The notes below the pieces were generated by a model. The model was not told the origin of the DNA and did no database searches. It was given only the letters and a program-made list of their open reading frames with translations. This document shows, one piece after another, positions 12,642 to 24,197 of a stretch of 64,000 nt of DNA (positions are counted from its first letter, which is position 1; every line of letters begins with the position of its first letter). The translations under genes were made by a program, and so were the position numbers. Origin of the DNA: Callorhinchus milii (taxonomy: Eukaryota); NCBI RefSeq assembly GCF_018977255.1, contig NW_024704743.1, forward strand, positions 43,340,001 to 43,404,000, read 5' to 3'.

Positions 12642-12789
12642 GGGAGATTGTTGGCCAGGACATCATCCCGCATGCTCTTCCTCCTTCCTGTATCGTCATT
12701 CAATTAAATTAAAAACTCAATGTGTCGTTTATTACATTCCTGTGTTTAGACTTCAACAAATCAAGCTTGCTCCCAGCGGAACAGCAGGA

Positions 12790-13020
12790 AGCCTGATTTA
12801 TACTTTCTAATCCACACGTATAACATCCAGGTCATTAAAAGCTAAAACCCCATTCTAGAGTGTTGCACAGCAGCTCTTAAATAACATTGAAAAGGTCCCT
12901 TGTGATTTATGAAGTCTCCTTTGAACTGAGCGGCTGAACTGAACCATTCCTGAATCCACCTCCTGTAGGACTCCAGTATGATTTGTGCTGCTTCAACCCT
13001 GATTTATGGCCTTTGAACTA
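12790..13020. promoter_or_regulatory. Candidate enhancer: clustered Pbx/Hox-type TGATTTAT and TCF/LEF-type CCTTTGAA motifs
   Basis: TGATTTAT at 12794, 12903 and 13000; CCTTTGAAC at 12918 and 13010. Lies in non-repeat sequence. Motif evidence only. Confidence 0.35.
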
Positions 13021-13299
13021 TCCTCCTGGGGGAGGGGGGTGTAAGCAAAGTCTCCTTAAAGCTGAAGTGGCTCCATAATAGGCAACATAATGTCAGAATC
13101 GAGTAAACCCTCTATGACGACCCTCTGTCTCTTGGTCTATCCTGTTCCTGACCCAGGCAGGTCAGTAACTCCAGGGCACTGCTGAAGCCAGTCCAGCCAG
13201 ACTGGCAGAACTTGAAGAGACCAGTCACTGGGGGCAGGAACTCTTCCCTCTCAGCTTGTGTTAATCCTGCAAGCCAAAACCCTTACAGAAAAGCCAATG

Positions 13300-14325
13300 C
13301 CCCTTCAAAACATCCGCTCCCTCTCCAACAAGATCTGTCCGTCAATGAACTCATCCTCGATGAAAATATTGACATCATTGCCCTCACGGAAACCTGGATC
13401 ACCCCAGGTGACTCCGTCCCCCTCACTGAGGCCACACCACCTGGCTACACCTACCACCATGCCCCACGACTCAACCGCCGTGACGGTAGTGTGGCCCTTA
13501 TCTCCAGGGTGTCACTTGTCCTATCCCCTACTCCACCGGCTCATTCCCTCTTTCGAACACCTTACTCTTAGCCATCTCTCCTATCTCTCTCTAAAAATCC
13601 TCTTAATTTACCATCTCCCCCAAAATCCTCCCCCACCTTCGTCTCTGACACCTCCACCTTCCTAGCCTCCCTCTGCTTCTGCTCCGACCACCTCATCATC
13701 CTAGGCGACTTCAACCTCCACTTCACCCCCTCCTGCTCCATCTCCTCAGACTTCTCCTCTCTTCTCTCCTCTCTCAACCTCTCCCTCCACATCCACTCCT
13801 CTACCCACGTTCATGGCCACCCGTTCGACCTGGTGATCACCCGGGGCCTCAGCATCTCGGATGTCAGCATCACCGACAAGGCCATCTCTGACCACCATTT
13901 CATCTCCCTTAACTCCTATATCCCTCTCCCCACTGCCTCCAAACCTACAACCATCTTCTATCGCCCATGGAAGAAGATTTTCCCGCAGTCCCTCTCCGCT
14001 GCCCTGGAGTTCTCCGAACTCCTTACCCTCTGGCCCATGTCTCGCATCAACCCACTCGCTGTGCTTAATCTTCTCCACAGCACCTTCTCCATCACACTTG
14101 GCGCCCTTGCCCTCCTCACCTCCAGAACTGCCTCCTATTCCCGATCCTCACCCTGATTCATCAGCCACCTCCGCTTGCTTAAGGGCCAGGTGCAGGCTGC
14201 TGAACGCACTTGGCTCAAATCCGGCCTAATGGTCCACTGCCACATCTGGCTGGTCCTCATCAAGACCTACCGCTCCACTCTCGCCTCGGCCAAATTGTCC
14301 TTCTATTCCAGGTTAATCCTGCAGT
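13300..14325 (+). mobile_element. L2 LINE ORF2 N-terminal APE endonuclease region (no RT, no tail)
   Basis: LQNIRSLSNK, DIIALTETW, LIILGDFNLH, PTHVHGHPFDLVI and ISDH motifs across frameshifts. Confidence 0.92.
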
Positions 14326-15009
14326 GCAGTGCAGAATTCTTAACTTTTTAATATTCATAGTTGGCAGAAAACAGCATGAAGTGTTACCAGGACAATCTGC
14401 CCCAATGACAAGTACAATGACAAGTAGCCAGATCATAATATAAATTAAAGATCCATCAATGTGTAGATCCAAATTTATAGATTTGTGTCAGTGAACAGAA
14501 TACAATAATAATAACAACGACAACAGATTACCATTGAGTTCCTGCAAAACGTATGCTTGAAGATAAAATCCTTAGCATTCTCTCTGACACATCTTAAGTC
14601 TATCCAGTGTAGTTATTCCTGTCACCTAAGTATTCTCTGTGGGAAGTTACATTCAAAACATAAGAAAATAGTAAACAAATGAGTAGCAAATTAATAAAAA
14701 GGGGAGAGTAACTAAATTTGTGGGTACTATTGCTCTTTATATTCGAAAAATTATATCCTAAAAATCATTCATATTGTCCAAACAAAGAAAATATTAATGC
14801 ATTAAACTAGTGCCTGGTGTTTTTCAGCTGAACTTAATCTCTATCCAATGCCACACTTCCTTTCAGTTCTCTTCTAATCAGCTGGTAATTATTCAGCTTC
14901 CAAGTTCCATACAATGATACGTTTCACTCGCCATCTGGACATTAACAATCCTTTTGGCCACTTGGAACTCCCATAATTACTTAGTTTAACTCACACATCT
15001 TTTGCCTGT

Positions 15010-15420
15010 AATTATAATCCTTGCATTTTGTTATACTACTTTATCCCTCCATCAAGATGCCTCAACAAGCTTCACGGAATTTACTGTAAAGTGTAATGAC
15101 TATATTTGAAGCAACAGCAGCCAATTTGCACACAGTAATGTCCACAGACAGCAATGAAATAAGCAACCAATTTCATTTGGGTGATTGCTGGCCAGGACAC
15201 CAGAAAAAAACATTGTTTCGAATAGTGCCGTAAGATCTTCACATTCACTTAATAGGCAAATAGAATCCAGTTTACCAACTCATCCAAAAGGCAGCACCGC
15301 TGACAGTGCAGCACACTCCTAGCACTGTATTGGAACGTCAGTCTAGTCTGTGAGTTCAAAGTCCTGACATGCCACTTAAACTCACAACTTTTTGACTCAA
15401 AGGCATGAATGATACCAGCT
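15010..15420 (-). mobile_element. Old Deu-domain SINE, near full length
   Basis: Same head, body and tail as the 9150-9653 and 27010-27460 copies. Confidence 0.75.
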
Positions 15421-15529
15421 GTAGCCTGTATCTCAAGCGTATCTTTATTATCCCAACTTATTGGAAAAGTAATATGTTATTTTCTTTTATATGATTACCT
15501 TATCGAAGTAAGACCAGAGAAACTTAAAT

Positions 15530-15732
15530 TAGGCAATTGGTGGATTGCTTTCTGGGGGTAATAATTCCTTATTCATTCCACTACTGTTTGTGGGACGCTG
15601 CTGTGCGCAATTGGCTTCCTATTTCGCCCACCAAATACACAGTCAATCCACTTTACAATATATTTTGTAGAAAGCTTTGAGACGTTTCAATGATATAATA
15701 AGGTGCTGTATCAAATGCAAGGATTATTATTG
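15530..15732 (+). mobile_element. tRNA-headed SINE long form, 5'-truncated
   Basis: attggtggattgctttctgggggtaataattcc...tgtttgtgggacgctgctgtgcgcaattggc...tcaaatgcaaggattattat. Confidence 0.8.
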
Positions 15733-16099
15733 CAGTTTGAAAATAAAGTAGTGGTTAAGGGGACCTAACCAAAGTACAGTGTATAATTTTTTTAAAAAGG
15801 TAAACCCAAACTACCACTTCAAAGTCAGTCAAGAAAATGGAACCAGAGGGCATCAAAGGAAACTCATAAGATGTAAATGTATAACAGATGTAAGGAAAAT
15901 CTTTTTAAAAGTGAAATATGTTTGATATATTCTCCCAAGCAAGGTAATTGACGCAAAGCAATGGGATTATTCAAAACATATTTTAATGGCATGTTGGGGG
16001 AAATCAATGTTCTAGGCTGAGCTGAGGTAGAATTATTCCATGACATCTTCTTATCCATGACATTGTCATTAATGATATTATGTTCTTGTTGAGATACCT

Positions 16100-16460
16100 C
16101 TGTGTACATGCGGTGGCCCCAGCTATCTTGTCCATATGGCTTTTTGCAATGGTTTGCAGACATTCACAGATTGTTTGACCATTGAGGACACCACATGTAC
16201 ACTTTCCAGCAGAGATCACTGCATAGCATTTAGAAAGAGTGAATCTTGGCTGATTTTTCTTCTCTCAACTCCAGAAGGTTAGACGTATTGCAAAGTGAGA
16301 TCAACTGTACTGAAATTAGCCTTGGGCCGAGGTGGCATCCTTCCTCCTTACCATGCCAATCCAGTCCTACTGAATGTTAATAAACATTTTTCAGAAGAGG
16401 GTCATGGATAATGATGTGGAGTGGGTACTCCATAGCTCAGGGCACTGAGATAAGTGTAAT
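16100..16460 (-). mobile_element. Two partial ancient LF-SINE-like relics in tandem
   Basis: Minus strand reads gaaaaatcagccaagattc...gctatgcagtgatctctgctggaaagtg, and again ctcagtgccctgagctatggag...tatccatgaccctcttctgaaaa. Both match my recollection of the LF-SINE core (GAAAAATCAGCCAGGGTTCC...CTATCCAGTGACCCCTGCTGGAAAGTG). Confidence 0.6.
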
Positions 16461-17058
16461 AATAATAACAAAAATAAACCTTGCATTTGATATAGCGCCT
16501 TATCACATCGTGGAGACACCTCAAAGCGCTTCACAGGATATACTGTAAAGTGGAGTTACTGTGTATTTTGGATATTTAAAGATAGATAAAGAGGGGCAAG
16601 ACAGAGGGATACTTTGATGTAAAATACATATATACCAACTTGCTCTTTTAACCAAACGAAGACATGAGGTAAAGTGTTTTGCATTTCTTAACACATTCCT
16701 TGTGTTAATTCACACATGAAATGAAACACTGTAAATTTGATCTCATTGTTTTTGCTCTATCTTTTAACTTGCTAGATGTGCAAAGAAGATGATTTAGTTC
16801 TATATGTAAAGAAAAGGTTTTCATAAGGTTTCTTACATCAGAAATAGGGGCTCCACTTTCTTTTGTAATACTGATGGAGTGACACGTTTAATTTGAAGAG
16901 TAATTTTGCGATGGCTTCACAAGTTTACTCTTAAAATTAGACCAGCTTATTTGAGGCTCCCAAAGCGTCATATTGTCAATGCTCAAACACTGTATTGCAG
17001 ATGATTGTTTGTCATTGATGGCAATAGTGTAACTAGATTCCTCCCAACCCATGTTTGA

Positions 17059-17373
17059 GGAGTCCTGTAGCTCAGTGGTTAGAGCACTCGCTTTGCAAGC
17101 GAGAGACCTGAGTTCAATTCCAGGCAGAGGGCGAAACCTTGGGCAAGTTTTCTTACTCCACACACAACCCTAATAATAATCCCTCCAAAAACAATAATAA
17201 ATTGGTCATTTTCAATCTACGACTGTTTGTGGGACATTGCTGTGCGCAATTGGCTGCTGCATTCGCCCACAAATATACAGTCAATTCACTTTACAGTGTG
17301 TTCTGTTAAGCGCTTTGGGACATCCTCCCGACGTGAAAAGCGCTATATCAAATGCAAGGATTATTATTATTAT
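17059..17373 (+). mobile_element. Young tRNA-headed SINE, short form, full length
   Basis: Pol III A box (tagctcagtgg) and B box (gagttcaattcc), TGC anticodon-like loop, Deu-type 3' body, L2-like tail, (TTA)n. Near-identical to the 48575, 56492 and 21695 copies. Confidence 0.95.
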
Positions 17374-19561
17374 GTGTTTTATGGTGTTCATCTGCAGGAG
17401 ACTCAGGAGCTACATAGGTGATGCCCCTGGTCCAGCATACTGTCTCGCTGAGGTGAGGTGAGATGCACTGTACAAATACAAGATAGGTGTGACATATTCC
17501 CTATCTACAAACTCTTTATTGCAGTTAATCAAGTGAAGGTTGAGTTGCCCTGTAACAACAACAACACATTACATTTGTATAGTCAAGGATTTTGACCCGA
17601 GCTGGGGGTTGGGATCAGGAGGGGTGGAGGTCAGGGAGGGTAGGGATAGGAAAGCAGAAAACAAGCAATCAAAAACAAAGGAAGGAGACATTTTAGTATT
17701 GTTCCTACTTTGCTGCATGAAGAAGAAAGACTGTAGTGAAAGCTGCATTAAAGAATATGTAGCTAAAGCTGAGTGTAATAGAAATGGATATCTTGAACAT
17801 TTCGAACTGCTGTGACACATCCCAGGCCATGAAAGCCAGGTCTCAGGCCTTGGACATATTGGGCTGATGCCCCTTGTGCTACCAGTAATTGTGCCAAGGT
17901 GATCAGCCACATGAGAGTTATTGTCCACAAAAATATACCGTGAATCCTGTGAAGAGCTTTGAGATGTCCTTCTAATGTGAAAGGTGCTATATCAAATGCA
18001 TAAGGATTAATATTGCTGACCATGAAGCCTGGGTACTGATCGGCTGACAGTGTGAACTTGATGACAAACGATGTGGGTACTATCTTTCTTGCTTATGCAG
18101 CTCAGGTTCTAAGTAAACTGAAACTACAGCCTGCAAGTCACTCATCCATGAAACAGAATGCTGTCAAGTTAACTGTAAAGGAAAGGAGAGCTATTGGTTA
18201 AAGCAGAAGGCCTTTAAAGATGATACTAAAAGCTTCTGTGGAGCAAGCTAGGACTGCTGGAAAGATAGTTTATGATCAAACACATCATGAGGTTGGGAAT
18301 ATTATTAGGGAAATGAAGCGGGAAATGATGTGCTGTGCTATATAACAGACCCACAAAGTGTCCTTGTAGTCTGGAATTAAGCATTATGCTAAATTGGTAT
18401 TTGACCCAACAGGCCATAGTAAACATCCATCTACATGAAGGATGGAAGAATTGGCTGGAGGTATTGACCAGTTGCTCAGGGGAAGGGGATGGAGCATGGC
18501 AAAAGTCTGACAGATCAATTCCAGGAACTGTCAAGTTGCCTTGGAGCTGTTATCCTCCTAATAGGATTCTGTCGGAGGCACACACAGTGTTCCAGAGTGT
18601 AATTGTGGTATTTGTCCACAAGAAGGATACTCTAGAAGAATCTCACAGGAAGAATCTCAATGAATTCAGTGGCCTTTAAGATGGTACAGTATTTTGCGTA
18701 GTCGGGGCACATTTCTTGGATGCATTGGAGGCACGGCAGTGACAACTTAAAGTGGGCTTTCCTGTGCCTGCTTGATGTTTCAGCTCACTCGATGTGCCAC
18801 TCTCCTTTGGTATGTTTGCTATGGCTAAGTAGCTTGTTTAGATGTATATGTATATAATTATAGGACGCTGGCTTCTAACCTCCTGATTCTAACCACTAGC
18901 CATTTGCTGAATGCTACATTCAGTAAAATATGCTGCTAACGGACAGAATATAGCTGTGCCACACCTCAAGAGTAAATTAGCAAACAAGCTTTTAGGTTTG
19001 TAAAGCTCAGCTACTGGAATTCTGATCCTGTGGTACTTGAAACTGAAACAAATACCTTCCTTAATTAACATTGAATCTCCGTAGTTCAAAAATCTATAAG
19101 AAACTATTAAGAGCTATGAGCATGATTAAGTTGGTGCTGGACAAAAAATCTACAGAGTATAGATGTAGCCAACGAGCTGTGCACTGTTTGATTATGCATA
19201 CAGTATTCAAACGGTATGCTGGAAAATATTAGTCTCATCACCATAATTCTTGAGCCTGTATGATTAATAATCCAGTTGAACGGTGAGCCGATAAATATCC
19301 ATGATTTATTGAAGTGTGTTTTTTAAAAAAAAGTTCTCAGAATTTATTTCTGTTTCACCATTAAAGACTGAAGGCTGTTGGCTGAATTTTACCAGGTGAA
19401 TGATTCCTGTTTTACTCAATTGTGATCGTAAATTTAAATGCAGGTGCTTGGCTGCCGGTACAATTTTTCTCTTTTTTTAATAATAAAAATCAACATGCGC
19501 TCGAAATATAATGCAGCCATTGTGTGCTTTCATGTGCACGTGAGCAGGGAAAATCAAAAGA

Positions 19562-19580
19562 TGTGTGTGTGTGTGTGTGT
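19562..19580. repeat. (TG)n microsatellite
   Basis: tgtgtgtgtgtgtgtgtgt. Confidence 0.95.
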
Positions 19581-20344
19581 ATTTATGTGAGGGGAGGAGC
19601 ATTTAAAGTGCTTCCACATTATCCAATTCTTTGAGGAAAATGACTTGTTCTTTTTTAAATGTAACTTTAATAAAATGTTTTTTTACATTACAACCAGAAT
19701 GTGCATTGTGTAACAGTTGAGCAGCCACTATATCATATTCATGACACTCAAATGGCTTTTTTTTAACACAAGTGTGTCTCCTGGATTTCGCTATTACCTT
19801 TTACATCAAATAAATTATGTATTCTCTGTGTATATGAATCTGCCAAACGTTTTGGGTTACTGTTGGAAGCTGTTGTCTGAATGTGAGCCAACAATCCACA
19901 CAGAAATTAAACAACCTTTTCATCTCCCTTATGTCTGCCATTAGTACCATTGGCCTTTTTACTGGAGTTATAGTATACCAATACTGTCTCCTCCCAATAC
20001 GTGCCAGAAATGAGTAAGTGGTGTGCTTCTCTCCAGGGAGAGGAGGGAGTGTGCATTCTTTACCAGAAATGAGGAAAGTTACATGGATAAATATGTGGAA
20101 TTCTGTGGTTTGGATGTTCTTAATCATGACGATGGGTTCAGATGTTGGAATAAAGGATGGCCAGAATTGATCTCACCTCTCAAGGCCTGAGTATTGGCCA
20201 GAGTAGAACTAACCATTCTGTGAAGCATTGTCACTGAGGTGCAACCAGAGTGGAACCAGCTACACTGTTAAGCCAAAGTATGGAGTTGGGAACCTGAGAA
20301 AAGAATACCCTAAACCACTTGTATTTTATGCTTAACAACTCATT

Positions 20345-20888
20345 TGTTACTGAACTCTGCAGCTCGTGTACTGTCCCGCACCAGGCTTCGGGACCACATC
20401 ACTCCCACCCTCGCTCGCCTCCACTGGCTCCCCATCCCCCAGAGGATTGATTTCAAGATCCTCATCCTCACCTACAAGGCCATTCACGGCCTTGCTCTCT
20501 CCGACCTACTATCCCCCTACCTACCTGCCCGTACCCTCCTCCGTTCCTCTGGCTCCGGTCTGCTCCACATCCCCCGCCCCAACCGCCCTACCATCGGTGG
20601 TCGGGCCTTCAGCCTCTCAGCCCCGAGGCTCTGGAACTCTATCCCCCAGTGCCTTCGCCGCCTCCTTCCTCTCCTCCTTCAAGGCCGGTCTCAAGACCTT
20701 TCTCTTTGACTGTGCCTTCAGCTCCCCTCTCGACTCTCTACCCCCTCCTCGCTCCCTCCCTTCCCTCCACTCACCCTGACCATTTCCCCCCTGCTCGGGT
20801 CCTGACCCAACTGTACAGCGCCTTGGGACGTCCTCCCGACGTGAAAGGCGCTCTATAAATGGAATCTTGTTGTTGTTGTTGTTGTTGA
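20345..20888 (+). mobile_element. L2 LINE 3' end, well preserved
   Basis: NSAARVLSRTRLRDHITPTLARLHWLPIPQRIDFKILILTYKAIHG...LWNSIP...FKAGLKTFLF. Stem-loop tail at 20817-20852, then (TTG)n. Confidence 0.95.
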
Positions 20889-21370
20889 GTCAGAGACAGA
20901 TTATAAATGATAGGCAGCATCATGCTTACAGAGTCAGACATAAATATTTTCACATTAATACTTAGTATATGTCACCATGGTGACAATATCAAAGTTTGTA
21001 GGCAGCAGACAAGAATTCTTTTGATTTGAGAGCAGTGTTAGCAACCGTTGAATTCTACTGTAGTTTGAGAGTGTTGAGAGTTTGAGAGTAGTGAACATTG
21101 AATTCTTGAATCTGTAGAGTGTGTACAGTGTGGATCTCCCCAGTGTAGGGTCTGTAGATGGCTAGCACATATGGATTGTGTTTACAAACTCAGACTCCAG
21201 GTAATGCCTTCCATCAGTTGTTGCCTCAAGACTCAAGAGTTGGGCGACAACTGCTGGAAAGAGTTACCTGGAGTCCGAAATTGTGAACACGCATTTGTAT
21301 ATCATCCAGCACCTGGAATCCATCATTGTTCAATGGGAAGGGACATGTGCATGAGCTTCAGACAGGAAGA

Positions 21371-21678
21371 TAATAATAATCCTTGCATTTGATATTGTGC
21401 CTTCGAGACGTTTCAAAGCACTTCACAGAATATATTGTAAAGTGAATTGACTGTATTTTTGTGGGTGAAATGCAGCAGTCAATTGCACACAGAAGTGTCC
21501 CACAAACAGTCATGAATCCAAGTGACCAATTTTTTTTTTTTTTTGAAGGAATTATTACCCCCGGAAAAGCGATCCGTCAATCGACTAACAACTGGGTTCC
21601 TAACTTACTGCTAAGTAAACAGAGGGGTGTGGAGTAAGGAAATTTGCCCAACATTTTGCCCTGCCGGGAATCGAACCC
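21371..21678 (-). mobile_element. tRNA-headed SINE long form, 5'-truncated at the B box
   Basis: Long-form internal segment; ends at ccgggaatcgaaccc. Confidence 0.9.
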
Positions 21679-21689
21679 ATTATGAAGAT

Positions 21690-22011
21690 AATAAATAATA
21701 ATAATAATCCTTGCATTTGATATAGCGCTTTTCACGTCGGGAGGACGTCCCAAAGCGCTTCACAGAACACACTGTAAAGTGAATTGACTGTATATTTGTG
21801 GGCGAACGCGGCAGCCAATTGCGCACAGCAATGTCCCACAAACAGTCGTAGATTGAAAATGACCAATTTAATTATTGTTTTTTTTTGGAGGGATTATTAT
21901 TAGGCTCTGTGTGGAGTAAGGAAACTTGCCCAAGGTTTCGCCCTGCCTGGAATTGAACTCAGGTCTCTCACTTGCAAAGCGAGTGCTCTAACCTCTGAGC
22001 TACAGGACTCC
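21690..22011 (-). mobile_element. Young tRNA-headed SINE, short form, full length
   Basis: Near-exact reverse complement of the 56492-56817 copy. Flanking AAGAT at 21685-21689 and 22012-22016. Confidence 0.95.
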
Positions 22012-22679
22012 AAGATGATGCCAATGCTCTCATGCATTTCATGCTGAGTTGTGTTACCCACCGGGAAACTTGCTGTGAGTTCCTGGTACCTACCATCCAT
22101 CTGAGGGCTCAAACCTGTGCTTGTTGAATGTCAAATAAACAATTAGTGACTATCCACCTTGGTGGAAGTTAAGGGGTATCTCCTTGGAGCTGAACTGGAG
22201 CCAAAGTCCCAACAGATAGGATGGTTATAGATATCAATAAAGACAAACATTCATCCACTTCAGCAATATTAGTCAGTGTTAGCAAACTACTGGAGAATAC
22301 ATGTGCTATACAAAGTCTACCTGTACTCAGCTTTATATATTGGGTGATAATTATCAATCTGTCAAAAATTGCTGCCAAGCCAGTCAATAACTAAAGATGT
22401 GACCCTTTCCCCTGACCTTGACATGATGGATGGACACAAAGCTGGTGGCATTTGAACACTGCTTCATGGGATATCAACTAAACTCAGATAGTTAAATTGT
22501 ACCATATCAGTCTTACTGATGGGATTGATAAAGCAGTGGTTTCTCAATAAACATTTACTGGCAAAGGCCCAGATGGACAAATGGAAGCCCTGCCTGTACC
22601 CGCGCAGTATGTAACTGCTCTGAAGTGCCTGAAGGACATTGTGAGGATCCCACAAGTGGCCTATGATATCAGCCAAAGT

Positions 22680-22975
22680 GTCAGCTTGTCTCAGAACTCT
22701 GCTGCTCGTACACTCACCCGGACCAAACTCTGTACCTCCATCTCACCAGTTCTGCCCAGGCTCCACTGGCTCCCCATCACCGAATGGATCAACTTCAAGA
22801 TCCTCACACTTGTGTTCAAATCCCTTCACTCCCTGGCACCCGCCTGAAAACCTTCTTTTTCAACCGTGCTTACGGTCACCCCCCACCCAGGCTCGGAGTC
22901 AGGCTCCACCGCTGTGAAGCGCTCTGTGATGCTACCCTGCATGGAGGGCGTTATACAAATGCAAGTTGTTGTTGC
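22680..22975 (+). mobile_element. L2 3' end with internal deletion
   Basis: QNSAARTLTRTK..ISPVLPRLHWLPITEWINFKILTLVFKSLH joined directly to LKTFFFNRAY and the tail. Confidence 0.88.
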
Positions 22976-22984
22976 TAGTATTTT

Positions 22985-23700
22985 TACCTCTGGGTCACAT
23001 GTTTGTGGGTTGAAGCCTCCACATTGGTATTGAGCTTGGAGTCCAGGCTGGCACTCCAGTGCAGGATTGCGGCACTGTCCTTCAGATGAGAGGTTAAAGC
23101 AAGGTGGAATCCTCTACCTCAGTGGTTAGAGCACTCGTCTCGCAAGCGAGAGATCTGGGTTCAATTCCCGGCAGGGCAAAATGTTGGGCAAGTTTCCTTA
23201 CTCCAGGTGGAACCTGGTTGTTACTCAATTGGCGGATTGGTTTTCTGGGGTTAATAATACCTTCGAAAAAAAATTGGTCACTCCATCCACGACTATTTGT
23301 GGGACACTGTTGTGTGCAATTGGTTGCCGTGTTTAGCCCACAAAATATAGTCAATTCACTTTACAGTATATTCTGTGAAGCACTTTGAGATGTCTCAAAG
23401 ACGTGATTAGGCGCTATATCAAATACAAGGATTATTATTATTATTATAAGGTCCTGCTGTGATTTATGTTAAGAATCCTATGACACTATTTGAAAGCAGA
23501 ACTTTTTTCCTGGTGTCCTGACTAACAATGCTCCAGATTAATTGGTCATTCACATCATGGCTGCGTGTGTGGGACATCACTGTGTGCATTTTGTTTGCCG
23601 GGATGTCCTAAAATTATTTGGTCGTTAAGTTGACAGCAACTCCCTGTGAACAACTGAGATATTCCAGTGTTATAGGTACTATATCAACTGCATTATTACT
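22985..23700 (+). mobile_element. Old Deu-domain SINE split by a younger long-form SINE (23106-23447, TSD AAGGT)
   Basis: Old head and body at 22985-23105, remainder at 23448-23700. The insert starts ggaatcct..., ends (TTA)n, and is flanked by AAGGT at 23101-23105 and 23448-23452. Confidence 0.85.
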
Positions 23701-23904
23701 GTATTTTTATTTTACTGCCAGTTTTCACCATCAGCAGGATTCTCCATCAGCAACTCTGAATTGCTGTTAGTGAATTTCTGCTTCATCAACCCCAGCATAA
23801 TCTTTTGCCAGTCATTTCCTAATGACAACTAAATCAGTGAAAGAATCATGAAAATGAAATAAACTGTCAAAATTCACCTTCCCTCCACAAGTTTTATTAT
23901 CCCA

Positions 23905-24197
23905 GAAGGACGAAACCTTGGGCAAGTTTCCTTACTCCACATGCCTGATAATAATCACTGATTGTTATTCGATTGGCAGATTGCTTTCTGAGGTAATAAT
24001 CCCTACAAATAAAAAAAAATAATAATTTGGTCACACAATCCACGACTATTTGTGGGACATTGTTGTGTGCAATTGGCTGCCGCATTTCGCCCACAAGTTT
24101 ACAGTCAATTCACTTTACAGTATATTCTGTGAAGCGCTTTGAGATGTCTGGAAGACGTGAAAAGTGCTATATCAAATGTAAGGATTATTATCATTAT
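23905..24197 (+). mobile_element. tRNA-headed SINE, intermediate form, 5'-truncated
   Basis: Contains both the short-form junction (gcctgataataatc) and the long-form segment (gattggcagattgctttctgaggtaataatcc). Confidence 0.85.

Noticed and set aside
17059..17131. tRNA-Ala(TGC) genes (also at 43043, 48575, 51918, 56492 and 22011)
   Set aside because: Each continues into a shared SINE body and tail, so these are SINE heads, not standalone tRNA genes.
18335..18679. 114-aa ORF in unique sequence
   Set aside because: No recognisable motif or splice signals. Could be a decayed element, but I cannot support that.
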